From Cycas panzhihuaensis (lineage: Eukaryota > Plantae > Cycadophyta), in contig CM041465.1 in NCBI GenBank assembly GCA_023213395.1, forward strand, positions 82,777,741 through 82,841,740: a stretch of DNA of 64,000 nt. The letters are read 5' to 3'. Made by a program: the position numbers and the translations under genes. The notes beneath the pieces were generated by a model, which searched no databases, was not told the DNA's origin, and was given only the letters and a program-made list of their open reading frames with translations. This document shows positions 39,901 through 52,909 of the stretch, piece by piece. How positions within the stretch are numbered: the stretch's first letter is position 1; each line of letters opens with the position of its first letter.

Positions 39901-40329
39901 TATATGTTTTTCAACTAACAATGAAATAAATAATAATTTTGACTATATGGATTCTATTCATAGCAATGAGTCTTTAGAAAATGAATATATAAATAAACCC
40001 TTAGTGAATGTAGATTTCAAGATAGATTTAGAAAATAAGGTGTGTGTAAAAATTCGAGAAAACTTCCTATCTTCTAATCCTTTCCCCTATCTTATCCCCC
40101 ACCCCAACCCTCTTCCCACCCCTAGACCTATCAAGGTTGACTCAGGAGATCTGGCCAATCTTCCCTCAAACCTTGAGAATCTTCCTACCCTTGCCCCCAC
40201 CCTAGAACAAATAACTAAGGTGGAATCCCCTACCCCAACCTCTTCCAAGGATACTAATCCCCCAAATTCTCTCCTAGTTTTCCCACCAAATAAGGAAGAG
40301 ATAGAAGAGTATCTTTAAGATCTAAATAA

Positions 40330-40618
40330 AAAAGATACAATGCCATCTCAAGCAAACTTGGAGAATTCTTATTCCCCACATCTTATACCAAAGGATAGGA
40401 TAGAAATGCAAAAAAATATGCCTACATTTTTAGGGGATAGGTTAGAAGACATTAACCATCTCATTTGATGTATGAAATATTGGTTAAAATTTAGGATTTT
40501 TGATAGAACTTAATAGGATTTGGATTTTATCCTTACCCTACATGATCAATCTTAGTGATGGTACATAGCCCACCATCACGCCCTTAGAACTTGAAATGAT
40601 TTTCAATTAGCATTTCAA
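40330..40618 (+). pseudogene. Gag remnant of another (Tat/Ogre-like) element
   Basis: KNMPTFLGD..ED.NHL pattern followed by a WY..P motif across frameshifts. Confidence 0.45.
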
Positions 40619-41986
40619 TTAAGATTTGATCCTCCCCAAGGAATATTGTATCCACTCATCTAACTCCCATGCCGCATCTTCTGTGTCCAATGTCTGCAAC
40701 TTTATGAGGTACTCTTTGACTTGTCTTCTTCGGAGTTGCCTGGTGCAAATTTGCAATATCCCTTCTGGTTCTAGTATAATCTTTCCTTCTTCATTGAGTT
40801 CTGGTAAGGATGTCTGTGGTATTATTTTGTTGCCGATCTTTTTCTTCAGGCATGAAACATGAAACATCTCATGGATCTTACTTGTTGTCGGTAACTTAAG
40901 TTTGTAGGCTACTTTAGCAATTCTGTCAAGTACTTGATATGGTCCAAAATATCGAGGAGCGAGCTTTTGTGTATTTGTCTTGCTCAATGATGTCTGTTTG
41001 TATGGTTGCAACTGGAGAAAAACCCAATCATCCTTTTGGAAGCTCCTTTCGAATTGCTGTGCATCTGCTTATTGCTTCATTCTGTTCCTTGCCATTGCCA
41101 AATTATCCAAGGATTCAAACCATGTCTCCCATCTGCTTTTGGTGTTCTTGGATAGCCTGAACCTGGGATGATCCGTTCCATGTCAATAGAGATGGTGGTT
41201 CATATCTGTAAAGATCCTAGAATGGTGTCATCTTGGTGGAAGAGTGGTATGTTGTATTATACCACCACTCGGCTAAGTGCAACCACTTGTGCCATTGATT
41301 TTATTTATCCAAGCAAAAATTCCTCAACTAGCCTTCTAGACATTTGTTGACTATCTGTGTTTGTCCATCTATTTGGGGATGATACGTTGTGCTCATGTGC
41401 AATTTTGTACCTACAATTTTGAATAAGTCCTTCCAAAATTTACTGGTGAACTTTGGGCCACTGTCACTAATAATAGTTTTAGGAAAACCGTGCAATCTAT
41501 GGATTTCTTTCATATATAGTTCTGTAATGTCGCTTGCCTTTGCTGTTGACTCTAGCCCTCGAAAATGACTATATTTTGTTAATCTATCGACCATGAAAAA
41601 GATTGCATCTTTAACTTCTGATTTTGGGAGACCTGTAATAAAATCCATTGAAATTTCTTCCCACTTTTGGTTGGGAATTGGTAGGGGTTGTAGTAGACCT
41701 GGGGTCTTTACACATTCTACCTTATTTTGTTGACAAGTATTATATTCTGTCACAAATTTTTGGATGTCCGATTTCAAGTCATTCTAAAAGTACGATGCTT
41801 TTATCTTCTGATATGTCTAGTCTATACTAATGTGGCCTGCTTTTGGGACCAAATGTGCTTCTTGCAATATAATTCCCTTTAATTTGGAATTTTTGGGAAT
41901 ATAGATTTTGTCGTTCCTAAGAATCAAATCGCCCTTTTGCTAGTATCTATCTAACTCGCTTCCCTTGATGTTATCTAGGAGTCTTT

Positions 41987-44900
41987 TGTAGCGATCTACT
42001 TCTACTTTTATAGCAATTTTCCTCAAAACTATATGTAATAATCCACAATAAACAATAACAATCTTTCTTGAAAAAGTGATCTTCCCTCTTCAAGGCGAGG
42101 AACCCTCCAAACTGTAATCCCCAAATGGCGAGCTAATTGCAGCCCTAGAACCGAAAATGCGCAACCAAAAGAACCTCTGACGATGGTTTGGGATGCCGCC
42201 CAAACTTCCTATATATAGTGATAAAAATACTTCAATTAGAAGTCGGCCAGACTGGATGATATTATCCTTAATACTACTTAAATAGAAGTTGGCCAGAACT
42301 TCTCCAAAATTGGTAGGCTAACTTTAAATGGTCATAACTTTTGATAGAGATGTCAAAATTGACTTTCGTCTAAACCGTTGGAATCCTTATTCAAAGGCCT
42401 TCAATTTGAATGGTCACATGGCATAGTTTTGACTAAATTTTGGAATGTTACAAGTCCCTCCCCTTCAAAACATGCTTTGCCCTCAAAGCATTGGTAAGGG
42501 CCTATTTTTTCTTCATCCATTCTTCAAACTCCTACGTTGCATCTTTAAGTTCCAATGTCTTCCATTTGATGAGATATTCTTTCATTACCCGGGATCGCAA
42601 ATTCTTGTCCTTAGTCTTCAATATTCCCTTAGGTTCCACTATCATCATTACTTCTTCATTCAATGTTGGTAAATTCGTTTCTGGAGCCTCTTTTTCGCCC
42701 AACTTTTTCTTTCAACAAGACACATGAAAGATATTGTGGATTTTGCTTTCTGGTGGCAATTTTAACTGATCTATTGCATGTTCCAATTCCCTTTTCGGTG
42801 GCAGTCCTTGGGGTTCTTCAAAAACTCCTTGATGTTCTTCTAAGATTGCCTGAATCTTTGGAGGAACATTTTTTATGTCTACTTTGTAACATGACATTAT
42901 GTACATTTGTGGATTCTTCTTTAAAATCTGTTCCATTCTGTGAGATGATATGAGTTGAACTGACAGTGTGGATGGGGCTTGCAGTCGATATTTGCATCCT
43001 TTTTGTTGGAAACACATAAATCTTGTCATATAATTAGTAACGATGTTCCCCAACGTTTGTAGCCATTGAATTCCTAGAACTACGTCTACTTCACCTATGG
43101 GCATGGCAAACATACAAGTTTTGACCTTGTAATCGTTGATCTGGAGAGTTGTGTCTTTGCAATATCCTCCACACAGTATTGTTCTCCCATTTGCTATTGA
43201 CACCTGGAATGTGTTGAGGGGTTTCACTTGTAATCCCAGTTTTTCTGCCGATGCCTTGTTTATAAAATTGTGTGTACTCCCACTATCTACCAATATTGAT
43301 ACTAGTCTCCCCTTGATTTGTCCTTGGAATCTTAGGGTTTGCGGGGATACTTGTTGCCCTGTAATGGCCTGCAAGGATATTTGGACATTCCCTGTATCCA
43401 CTTCCAGAACTTCATCTTCCTCCCTTCTTACGCTCTGGTCTTCTACTTCTTCCTGTGCTACTTTTGGTATTTCTGCATCGTCGTTATTGATCATGAAAAC
43501 CTTCTTTGCTAGGCACCAGTGTTCCTTATTCCATTTCCCTCCACACTTGAAGCACGTCCCTTTCCTTATGTGCTCCTCTTTTGTTGTTCCTGATCTTTCT
43601 ATTGTATTTCTTATAGCTAATGGGGGGTTTGCTTTTGTTCCCGATCAGGCCCCATTAGGATTCTGGGTTTGATATGTTGGTGGCCCATATTTCCTTGTAT
43701 ATGTCGGTCTGCTATCTCTAAGTTCTGCCTCTACATTCCTTGCTATTTGAATTGCCACTTGGAGTTGTGGTGGATCTGTTGCTTTAACTCTAAATTTGAT
43801 CTGATTTTTCAATCCACTAATATAAGTCTCTAATAAGCATTCCTGCGGTATCTTTTCAAAGACCATACATTGTAGCATTTGGGCGTTCGTATCTTGTTGG
43901 ATTGTTCCTTCTTGATATAATCGTGTTAACTGAGCAAAGTAATCAGTATTCCAAGAATCGTCATATTGCTCTACTAATCCTGCTCTTAGATCCTCCAGTG
44001 CATTGCATTGGTAAGTTCATCTTTTTCCACCAATAGTACCACCTTAACGCCCTTCCATTTAAGTGTAAGGATGTTATTTCCATCTTTTCCTTAGCTGTGG
44101 AGTTATAGACCTTGAAATAGTTCTCCATTTATAAGACCCAATTAGTGATATTCTTGGATACTTCTGGATCGATTTTTTCCAAAGATAATCTTGCCCCTTT
44201 CCATCCATTATCCATGTTAGGAGTTCTCCTTTCATAAGCTCGTCCATTGAATCTCTTGGTCTCATTTCCTTGATTTTCTTGATCCATTTGATCTATCCCT
44301 GATGTAGTGTTGTTATCCATTTCTCTACCTGACACATTTTGTGTTGCTTGATCCGTTTTTGCTAGTAACTTCTGGATTAGGATTGTTAGAGCCCTTATGC
44401 TCTGGTTTAATTCTGATGCACCTTCAATTTTTTCCTCTGAGGTTCTAGATTGGGCTGCCATCTTCTTGTGAATGAGCTTTTTCCCTAATCTCAATTCCGT
44501 TTCTGCTTCCCTTGGGGGGAAATTTTGACCTTTCTGAGCTTTTACCTCTGCCCTTTCCCCTCGAAACAAAGCTTTGATACCACTTGTAGCGATCTATTTC
44601 TACTTTTATAGCAGTTTTCCTAAAAAGTACAGGTAATAATCCAAAAAACACAATAACTAGATGCTATTCAACAAGAAAATGAACAAGGAACAAGAATTAC
44701 AGAATCCATAGAAATAAATAATAATCTTTATTGTCAAATAATACCAAAATAGAGCGAAATTATAACAGAATACTAGTCTTTCTTGAAGAAGTGAGCTTCC
44801 CTCTTCGAGGCGAGGAACCCTCCAAACTGCAGCCCCCAAATGGGCGAGCTAATTGCAGCCCTAGAACCGAAAATGCGCGACCAAAGAACCTCCGACGATG

Positions 44901-45167
44901 GTTTGGGATGCCACCCAAACTTCCTATATACAGCGATAAAAATACTTCAATTAGAAGTCGGCCAGACTGGATGATATTATCCTTAATACTGCTTAAATAG
45001 AAGTCGGCCAGAACTTCTCCAAAATTGGCAGGCTAACTTTAAACGGTCATAACTTTTGATAGAGATGTCAGAATTGACTTTCGTCTGAACCGTTGGAATC
45101 CTTATTCAGAGGCCTTCAATTTGAATGGTTACATAGCATAGTTTTGACTAAATTTTGGAATGTTACA
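41987..45167 (-). mobile_element. Internally deleted chromovirus (gag-PR-chromodomain), non-autonomous
   Basis: LTRs 44585-45167 and 41987-42452; TSD TCTTT/TTTTT; PBS 44571-44582; PPT 42456-42466. Confidence 0.95.
42470..44461 (-). pseudogene. gag-protease fused to integrase C-terminus/chromodomain
   Basis: LVDSGSTHNFI; junction LEHAIDQ|LKLPPESKIHNIFHVSC; EYLIKWKTLELKDAT*E. Confidence 0.9.
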
Positions 45168-47439
45168 TTTTTGGTATCTTGGATCTCCCATATATTCAAT
45201 TCTGATGGATTTTAGCCATGAGGGCATAATTGTTGATATCAACTGTAGTGAAGGACCTTCCTTTGTTTCGTCTAGGATTCGTGATAATGTGTTTGCTATA
45301 ATATTCTCTTTGCCTTTCTTACATACTATCATGAAGTCAAAATTCTGCAACTTACTGACCCATTTTTGTTGCTCATCGGACAATGTCTTCTGTTTGAGGA
45401 AGTATTTTAGACTATCATGATCCGTGCACACTTGAAATGAATTCCCTAGTAGATATTGTTGCCATTGCTGGATGACGTGCATGATTGGAAGCATCTCCTT
45501 ATCATAAATTGGTTTGAGTTTTTCTCTGTTATTGAACTTCTGACTCTCATAAGCAATTGGTCGTTCATCTTGGAGTAAGATTGCCCCTATTCCAAATCCT
45601 AATGCATCACACTCGAGTATGAACAGTTTCGAAAAATTGGGTGTTGCTAAGATTGGAGTTGTTACCATGGATTTCTTGAGATCACCAAAAGCTTCCTCTG
45701 CTTTTGGGTTCCAAGCAAACGCGTCTTTCTTGGTTAAGTCTATGAGTGGAGCTACTAGGTGTGCATAACCCTTTATGAATTTCCTAACAAACCCTGCTGT
45801 CCCCAAGAACCCCCAAACTATTGTAACACTTGTTGGGGTTGGCCAATTGACAATAGCTTGTATCTTCTTTGGGTCAATCATTATGCCTTATGTAGTTATG
45901 ATGTGTCCTTAGGTGTTTCTTCTTCCTCCGATATTGTTGTATCTTCGGTATTAATCATGTATACCTTCTTCTAGGTGCATTGATGTTCGTGGTTCCACTC
46001 TGCCCTACATTTGAAACAAGTAACTTTCTTCATATGTTCTTCCTTCGTTGTTGTCTCTTGATTATTTCTAACTGCTAATGGGGCCTCGGCTTTGGTTCCT
46101 GACCTATTCTAATTTGGATTAAATCCCTGTGAGCTTTTCGTTTTGCATGTGAATGTAGGTCTAGTCTCCCACAGTTCTGCTTCCACACATATTGCTATCT
46201 TGATTGCCGAATCCAATGTTGGTACCTCCATTGCTTTTAGACGATATCTTATTGGAGGTTTCAATCCACTAATGTATGTTTTTAGAAGGAGTTCCGGTGG
46301 CACTGTTAATAGAATTAGACATTGTAACACTTAAAATTGTTCAGTAAACTCCTAGACTAAGCTTGTTTGCTATAACCTTGTCAACTGGGCAAAATAGTTT
46401 GTACTCCATGAATCTTCATATTGGGTTATGAGCCCATGCTTCATGTTGTGCCAGCTTTCTACTTGTTTCCCACTTGTTTGAAGCCACCATGAATACCATT
46501 TCAAGGCTCGACCATACAAATGTAATGATGCCAAGGATACTTGCTCGTGTTCCAGTATTGCATAGACTAAGAAATAGGTCTCCATCTGTAAAATCCATCC
46601 TCTTATATCCCTTGATTTATCAGGGTCAAACTTCGCTGAGGTGATCTTTGCCATTATCACCCCATCGTTACTCTTAAAGTTTCTTCTTTGATATTCTCCT
46701 CCTGTTTTAAATCTTCCTTCGAAACTACTTGTATTTCATTGTTCTATTTCCTTTTCTTGTTTGGCCCGTATTGGTTGTGCTTGTGGTCCATCCAACTTGA
46801 GGTTGATTTTGTGCATGAGGTCTGTGAGGCTCACTAACAAAGCTAGGATTTCCTTCCCTACTTTGTTTGTGGTGATTTGTTCCTAACTGGATTGGCCTTG
46901 GGCGGTTGACATCTTTTTTTGCTGTATAATCTTCTTAGAACGTAGCTCCGTTTGGGCTTCTCTCTGTTCGGAAACATGAAATCATACACAAATGTTCCCA
47001 TCCGCAAAATATTTAACCATACACAGCAAGCAAACAAGAGTACACACAGAAAACAGATGCACAATACATAGGATTTACGTGGAAAAACCCTTTCGGAAAA
47101 AAACCCACCACAAAAGGATCCTTGATGGATCACATTGATTATTGCACAATTGATTGATACAATAATTCATGGAATACACAAGGGTTCAAGGCATTTATAT
47201 TCTTCCAAGAGGTGTCACCTAATTAGAGTTATGACCCTCCGAATAAGTCGCACCTTTTGGCTTCACACCTTTTCGCTTAATTAAATCACATTAACATTAA
47301 CTAAGTGGCTTAATAATTAACTACCACATTAACATCCCCCCTTAATGTGAGTGTGGGGAGCCTGCCAACTGCAACAGTTGTGTTATCACGAAGGCTAGGA
47401 TTATCTTGCAGCTTCTTTATCCTTGTCAATACATCCCCC

Positions 47440-49940
47440 CTCAAGGATAACATTGGTGAGTCCAAGTCCGGTATGCATCTTCATGAATTGATCTTCAGTG
47501 AGAGGTTTGGTGAACACGTCATAGTCGGAATTCACTCGCAAGAGTCGACTTGCGCTTCACGATTTGATTTGTTCCCGAATGTAATGGTGTTGAATCTCAA
47601 TGTGCTTCGTATGCACATGAAACTCTGGATTCTTTGATAGGCGAATGGTACTTTGATTATCAACAAAGATAACCAGGTGTCCATTTGAAACTCCAAGAAA
47701 CTCCAAGAGACCTTGCAACCATACGGCTTCCTTTGCACTCGTATTGAGTCCTTGATATTCAGCCTCTATAGAAGATAGTGCCACTATCTGCTGCTTCTTC
47801 GACTGCCATGAAACAAATCCATTGCCAACACCAAACAGATATGCAACAATGGATTTCTGATCGTCGAAATCTCCTCCCCAATCAACATTCATGTAGCCAT
47901 GCAACCGTATCTCTTCACCTCGATGGTATTTGAGACCAAGATTGATTGTCCTCTTCAAATACTTTAGAATCCGCTTCGCAGCAACCAAATAAGGTTCCTA
48001 AGGATTCTGCATGTAACGGGAAACCAACCCGATAGCGTATGTGATATCAAGCCTAGTATGAGTCAAATAGATCAGACTCCCTACCAACTAGTGATACTTT
48101 GTGCCATCTATAGAGGGCTTGGCCATATCCTTCTGCAACTTAACGCCTTTTACATATGGTGTTGCAACTGGTTTGTAATTCTGCATTCCAGATTTCTCCA
48201 ACAAGTTCTTCACATACTGCGACTGCAACAACACGATCCTATCATCCATCTGCCTAACCTGAATACCCAAGAAGTAGTGAAGTCTCCCAAGGTCTGTCAT
48301 GTCAAATGAAGCTCCCAGATTGGATTTGACTTTAGCAATAGCCTTGCCATAGTTACCGTTGATGAGCAAATCATCCACATACACCATGCAAGTAACTATT
48401 GAAGTCCCTCTTCTCTTCACATACAAATTTGGGTCGAGTTCTGAAGTCTCAAAATCTTCAGCTTTAAATTTTGCATCCATCTTTTCATACCAAGCACGAG
48501 GTGCTTGTTTCGAGCCATAGATTGACTTCTTCAGATGGCAGACAAGGTGCTCCTGGCCATCCTTAACGAATCCCAGAGGTTGCAACATATATATCTCCTC
48601 CTTTAGATCTCCATTAAGGAATGTAGACTTTACATCAATTTGGTGTAACTCTCAACCATAAGCAACTGCTAAGGAAATGAGTAATCAGACCGTTGTCATT
48701 CTGGAGATTGGTGCAAATGTCTTCTCATAGTCAATTCCTTCTTTCTGCTTGAATCCTTGTGCAACAAGTATGGCCTTATACTTGTCCACCTCTCCATTGA
48801 AGTGGAACTTCATCTTGTAGACCCACTTGCATCCCGTAAGGTTCTTCATCGAAGGTAGTGGAACCAAATCCCATGTGTTGTTCTTTAGCAGAGAACTATA
48901 CTCCTCCTCCATTGCAACTCTCCATCGTGGATCTCCTTTCGCTTCATCAAACGAATCAGGATCACTGAAGTTGTTGGTGTCTACTGGTAGAGTTCGACTG
49001 GCATGCTAACTTCGTGTTCTTTGATCATCAGTTAAGGTATGCATCGCCACACCGGAATCTTCTAGAGCCTTCCTTGCCCATAAAGGTATTGAAAGACCCG
49101 TTGCTAGAGGTACTTCATCTCGCGGTGGCTCCTCACTATTACTCGTCCCACTTGATCCTGCTTCCTTAGGTGTTCTAGTGACTGGCTCATCGTCCTCTTC
49201 GCTTGACGAATCTGGGAATGGGAGAAGGGGGCGGTAAAAAGGCTCCTATGATGATTTGTCAGCGTGCTACATCGATGACTCATCAAATTTTACATCCCGA
49301 CTAACCACAATCTCCTCCCCCTTTGAATCCCATAGTCTGTAGGCTTTATTCTCAGTGCAATACCCCATGAATATGCACTTTAGACTCTTCCGATCTAGCT
49401 TCTTGCGGGTATCATCTGGGATGTGGGCGTATGCAATACACCCAAATGCTCTTAAATGGCTAATGATAGGCTTACGACCGGTCCATTTTTCTTTGGGGTT
49501 CATGCTGCGAATTGCTTGAGTGGGTACCCGGTTCAAAATATAAACAACAGTCACAACAACTTCTGCCTAAAACTTCGGTGGCAAGTTTTTAGCGTGCACC
49601 ATACACCTCACCATCTCCATCATGGTACAGTTTTTTCTTTCAACAACTTTGTTCTATTGTGGGGTATACAAGACCGTAAATTCCTGCTTTATACCATGAT
49701 CGTGTCAGAACTGATTGAACGAATGATTGTCACATTTCTTGCCATTATCACTTCTTAACATCTTTATCTTTTTATCACTTTCATTTTCAACCATTGCTTT
49801 CCAATCACGAAAGCGATCAAACACGTTTGACTTGTTCTTGAGAAAGTAAACCCATGCCTTCCTAGTATAGTCATCTACAAATACAAGGATATAACGAGTT
49901 CCAAATATTGAAGGGTTAGGAAGAGGACCCATTATGTCTG
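47440..49940 (-). pseudogene. Copia A INT-RT-RNase H
   Basis: VDDYTR, YVDDLL, KHIEIQHHYIRE. Confidence 0.95.
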
Positions 49941-50853
49941 TGTGAAAATGGCCTAATGGCCTTACAATCCCAAGATCTAGAAGCTAGGTTCACTCTAGTT
50001 CTAGAAAGCAAATAAACTAGACAAGAATGAAACTATAAGATGAAATATGAGTAAGATAAGGCATGAAGAGAAAGAGCAAGAAAATGATACCAAAGATGAG
50101 GAGTTTGAATTGGTCCAACTTCCAAATGAATAACAGTTTGATTAGCAAACTGGCAGCATAACAATACATCTCCAACTCTACATGAGAACAATGAGGAGAG
50201 GTCTCATTATATAGAGTGAAAGGAGAGACCTAAGGAATTGGATGTTTGACAAGTGTCAAACATCTAAGGTACATGCCTTGCATGTAGGACATGTGATATG
50301 CATTTAGATTCAAGCACCTTCAGATCTTAGCATGCACAAGAAAATTAGATTAAGAGGAGGAAAGAAGTGCTTATCTCTTCATTGATTTCTTGAAGAAATG
50401 ACTTATGTATTTATACAACCTTGAGTTGGTTATATGTAGGACACATGCATGTTCCATGTAGGACATGTGTCACCTGTGTACCTAATTACTAATTAGGTTC
50501 CTTAAGTATCTTTAAAATGATACTTAAAGAGTATTAAGACTAAGATTACATATGACTATACATAAATACTTATCATTTCCTCCCTGCTTAAAAAGAAATT
50601 GGCCCCAATTTCTGCTAAAGATGGAGAAATGTTCTTGGAGAGTTGCTTCTTCGTTTCCCGGTTCGTCGTTGTCGTAATGGTGTTTGTTGGACGGAGAATC
50701 AGGAATGGTACAAAGATGAGCAACAACAAGTACATCAAAGGTAAGGTGGCCCAAATCACTTGAGTTGACTGTTGCGACCACCCTGAAAAGAAAGCTATGA
50801 AGTGAAGTTGATGTTGAATCTACCGTGAGTATCTTGTCATGATGTGTTTAAAT

Positions 50854-51240
50854 GGGGTATGCTTGCCTGTGAAGAGGGCTTATGGCAATATGCCCGTAAA
50901 AGAAAACTACAGAGTATGCCTGCCTAAAGAGAGGGCTTATGGCAATATATCTGTTGTATGAAATAGGGTTTGTCTTCCTAATGAGAGGGCTTATGACAAA
51001 AATGGTATGGAGTATGTCTGCCTAATGAGAGGGCTTATGACAAGTATGGGGTATGTCTGCGTAAGGAGAGGGCTTATAACAATATGCCCCAAATTAATGC
51101 TGAAGGGGGTATATCCTTGACTACCAAGAAAGGAGTGTAAGGGACATGTCTGCCTAGAGATAGGGCTTACAACAATATTCCCGTAGTAAAATAAATGTTT
51201 GAGACATGCTTGCCTAGAGAGAGGGCTTATGGCAATGTGC
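50854..51240. repeat. Seven ~32-40 bp repeats with variable spacers
   Basis: Starts at 50857, 50914, 50968, 51012, 51051, 51143, 51203; invariant AGGGCTTA core. Confidence 0.93.
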
Positions 51241-52084
51241 TTTAAAAGGTAGTCTAAAGATATATCAGAGGTTGTTGTTGAATTGGCTGAAGACAAGATA
51301 CTATTGTGTCTGCATCTGAGATTGTTACTGCTGAATCAACTAGAGGATAGGCTGCTGCTATGACTGTGGTTGCGCTTGTTGTTGGATTGCATGTATTTGC
51401 AAATGTTGTTGCTATACAGTAGGACAATGTTGCAGTGTAGGAGCAATAGGCTGTTGAACCTAAGGCTGAGAAACTGGCAACTGCCCATACAACACTTGCT
51501 ATGAAGCAGGTAATGGACCACAAGTGACCTATTGTTGTGTGAGTGGTTGAGTGGTTTGCACCAGTTGATTCAAAAAAATTTCGAAGATAAAATGGTGGCA
51601 GCACCACAAATGCTACCAAAGTAAGAGGACCCAAAATCTAGACGAAGGACGGATTTACTTTTGTAGAAGATGCAGAATCCAAGTCTTCTTCCTTTAGATG
51701 CTGGTGACAAACTCCATAGAAAGAAACAAAACCTGGTCTCCCATTCAAGGGTAGTTCGATTCTTGCCTCACACTCAAGTTGGTATATTTTCCTTGAGAAA
51801 ATCCTTTAAAGGCTCTTGTGGGCCTTGATCTGATTTCAATAAACTACTTGAAACCTGTTTGTTTGAAGCAACAGTAGAAAAAATCCCCGTTCTTTTCATT
51901 ATAGGTGCCTTGTGTCTGGACCCATCTGGATTGCACAGTGACCATCTGCAAAAGAACTTGTGTGAAGTAGCCATATTCCATTTCCCAGAGGCCATGTGTT
52001 GAACAACATGTTTCTGGCCTTCTCTACACTTTCCTTGAAATTTTAGATTAAAATGCTAGGACGAAGAAACTGGATCTCCATGGT

Positions 52085-52285
52085 AAGGCCTGCTCCTCTG
52101 AGTGAAAACATCAAACCTACAACTAGTTGTGTAGCTCTGTTCAATTGATGGAGTCTGTAAACTTGGAAAACAACTGGAACAAGAGGCCAAACAGATGGAC
52201 TTTTGCGTTGGACATACTGCTCAAATGTGAACTGTACAATAAGGACCAATTGCAACAGAGGCTGTCGATCCTGTCCATGGCTATA
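52085..52285 (-). pseudogene. Captured fragment of a conserved plant membrane protein (AT5G63040-like, recalled from memory)
   Basis: *PWTGSTASVAIGPY/IVQFTFEQYVQRKSPSVWPLVPVVFQVYRLHQLNRATQLV with a small frameshifting deletion. Confidence 0.75.
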
Positions 52286-52499
52286 ACTTCTCCTAATTCC
52301 TCCATTTCCTGTGATTTACCTATGGGTTGACCAAGCAAGACTACAGGTGAAAGTGCAATGGGAAAAGCTGTAAGAGGAATACCAAAATTGCAAGCTGACA
52401 TTCCAGTCTGGTCTGGAGCCATGATGCTTGGAAAGCTCAGATTTTGGCCCAGATTTAGTTGGCTTGTGAACTCTGTGTTGACTGTGATTGAGTTTGTTG

Positions 52500-52610
52500 C
52501 TTAAGCTGCATTTGCTGGACTGCCTGTACAAGCATCTGGTCTCCAACTACACTCCTTATCTCTCTTAGAAAATCCTCTTTAGTTACTTCATTTCTCCTGA
52601 GCCTTGAATA
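52500..52610 (-). pseudogene. TAF4: Captured RST-domain fragment, TAF4-type
   Basis: YSRLRRNEVTKEDFLREIRSVVGDQMLVQAVQQMQ matches the RST C-terminal half; GDQML is TAF4-like. Confidence 0.85.
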
Positions 52611-52909
52611 CCTAGGAAACCGTTGGATTGGTTCATTGCGGTGTTGCAACTATTGATGATGCAACCGCCGCTATTGTGGTGTTCAATTGCTATGGCACCT
52701 ACTGTTGTAGTGGTTGTAATTGTTGCGATGGTATTACTGCCCTTCCGTGGCGGTGAGGTCGTGGTTGTGGCTGCTGCAAACACTGTGGCTGTTGTTGGTC
52801 CAACTCTAGGTGTTAATTCTATTTTGGCTACTGCAGATGACTCTGTTGGGGCTACAAGACAACTTTTAGCCCACTTGCAATCATAAAATCTTGCATAACA
52901 CTTGGAAGA

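Larger units (their letters stand above)
40619..46964 (-). mobile_element. Chromovirus-type Gypsy lacking PR and most of RT; split by 41987-45167; 3' LTR lost; 5' end interrupted by a Copia
   Basis: gag 45915-46900; RT end and RH 45168-45910; INT 40870-41986 (WEEISMDFITGLP); chromodomain 40630-40780 (EYLIK..EDAAWE). Confidence 0.9.

Noticed and set aside
50854-51240. CRISPR array
   Set aside because: Eukaryotic retroelement context, degenerate repeats, very uneven spacer lengths and no cas genes
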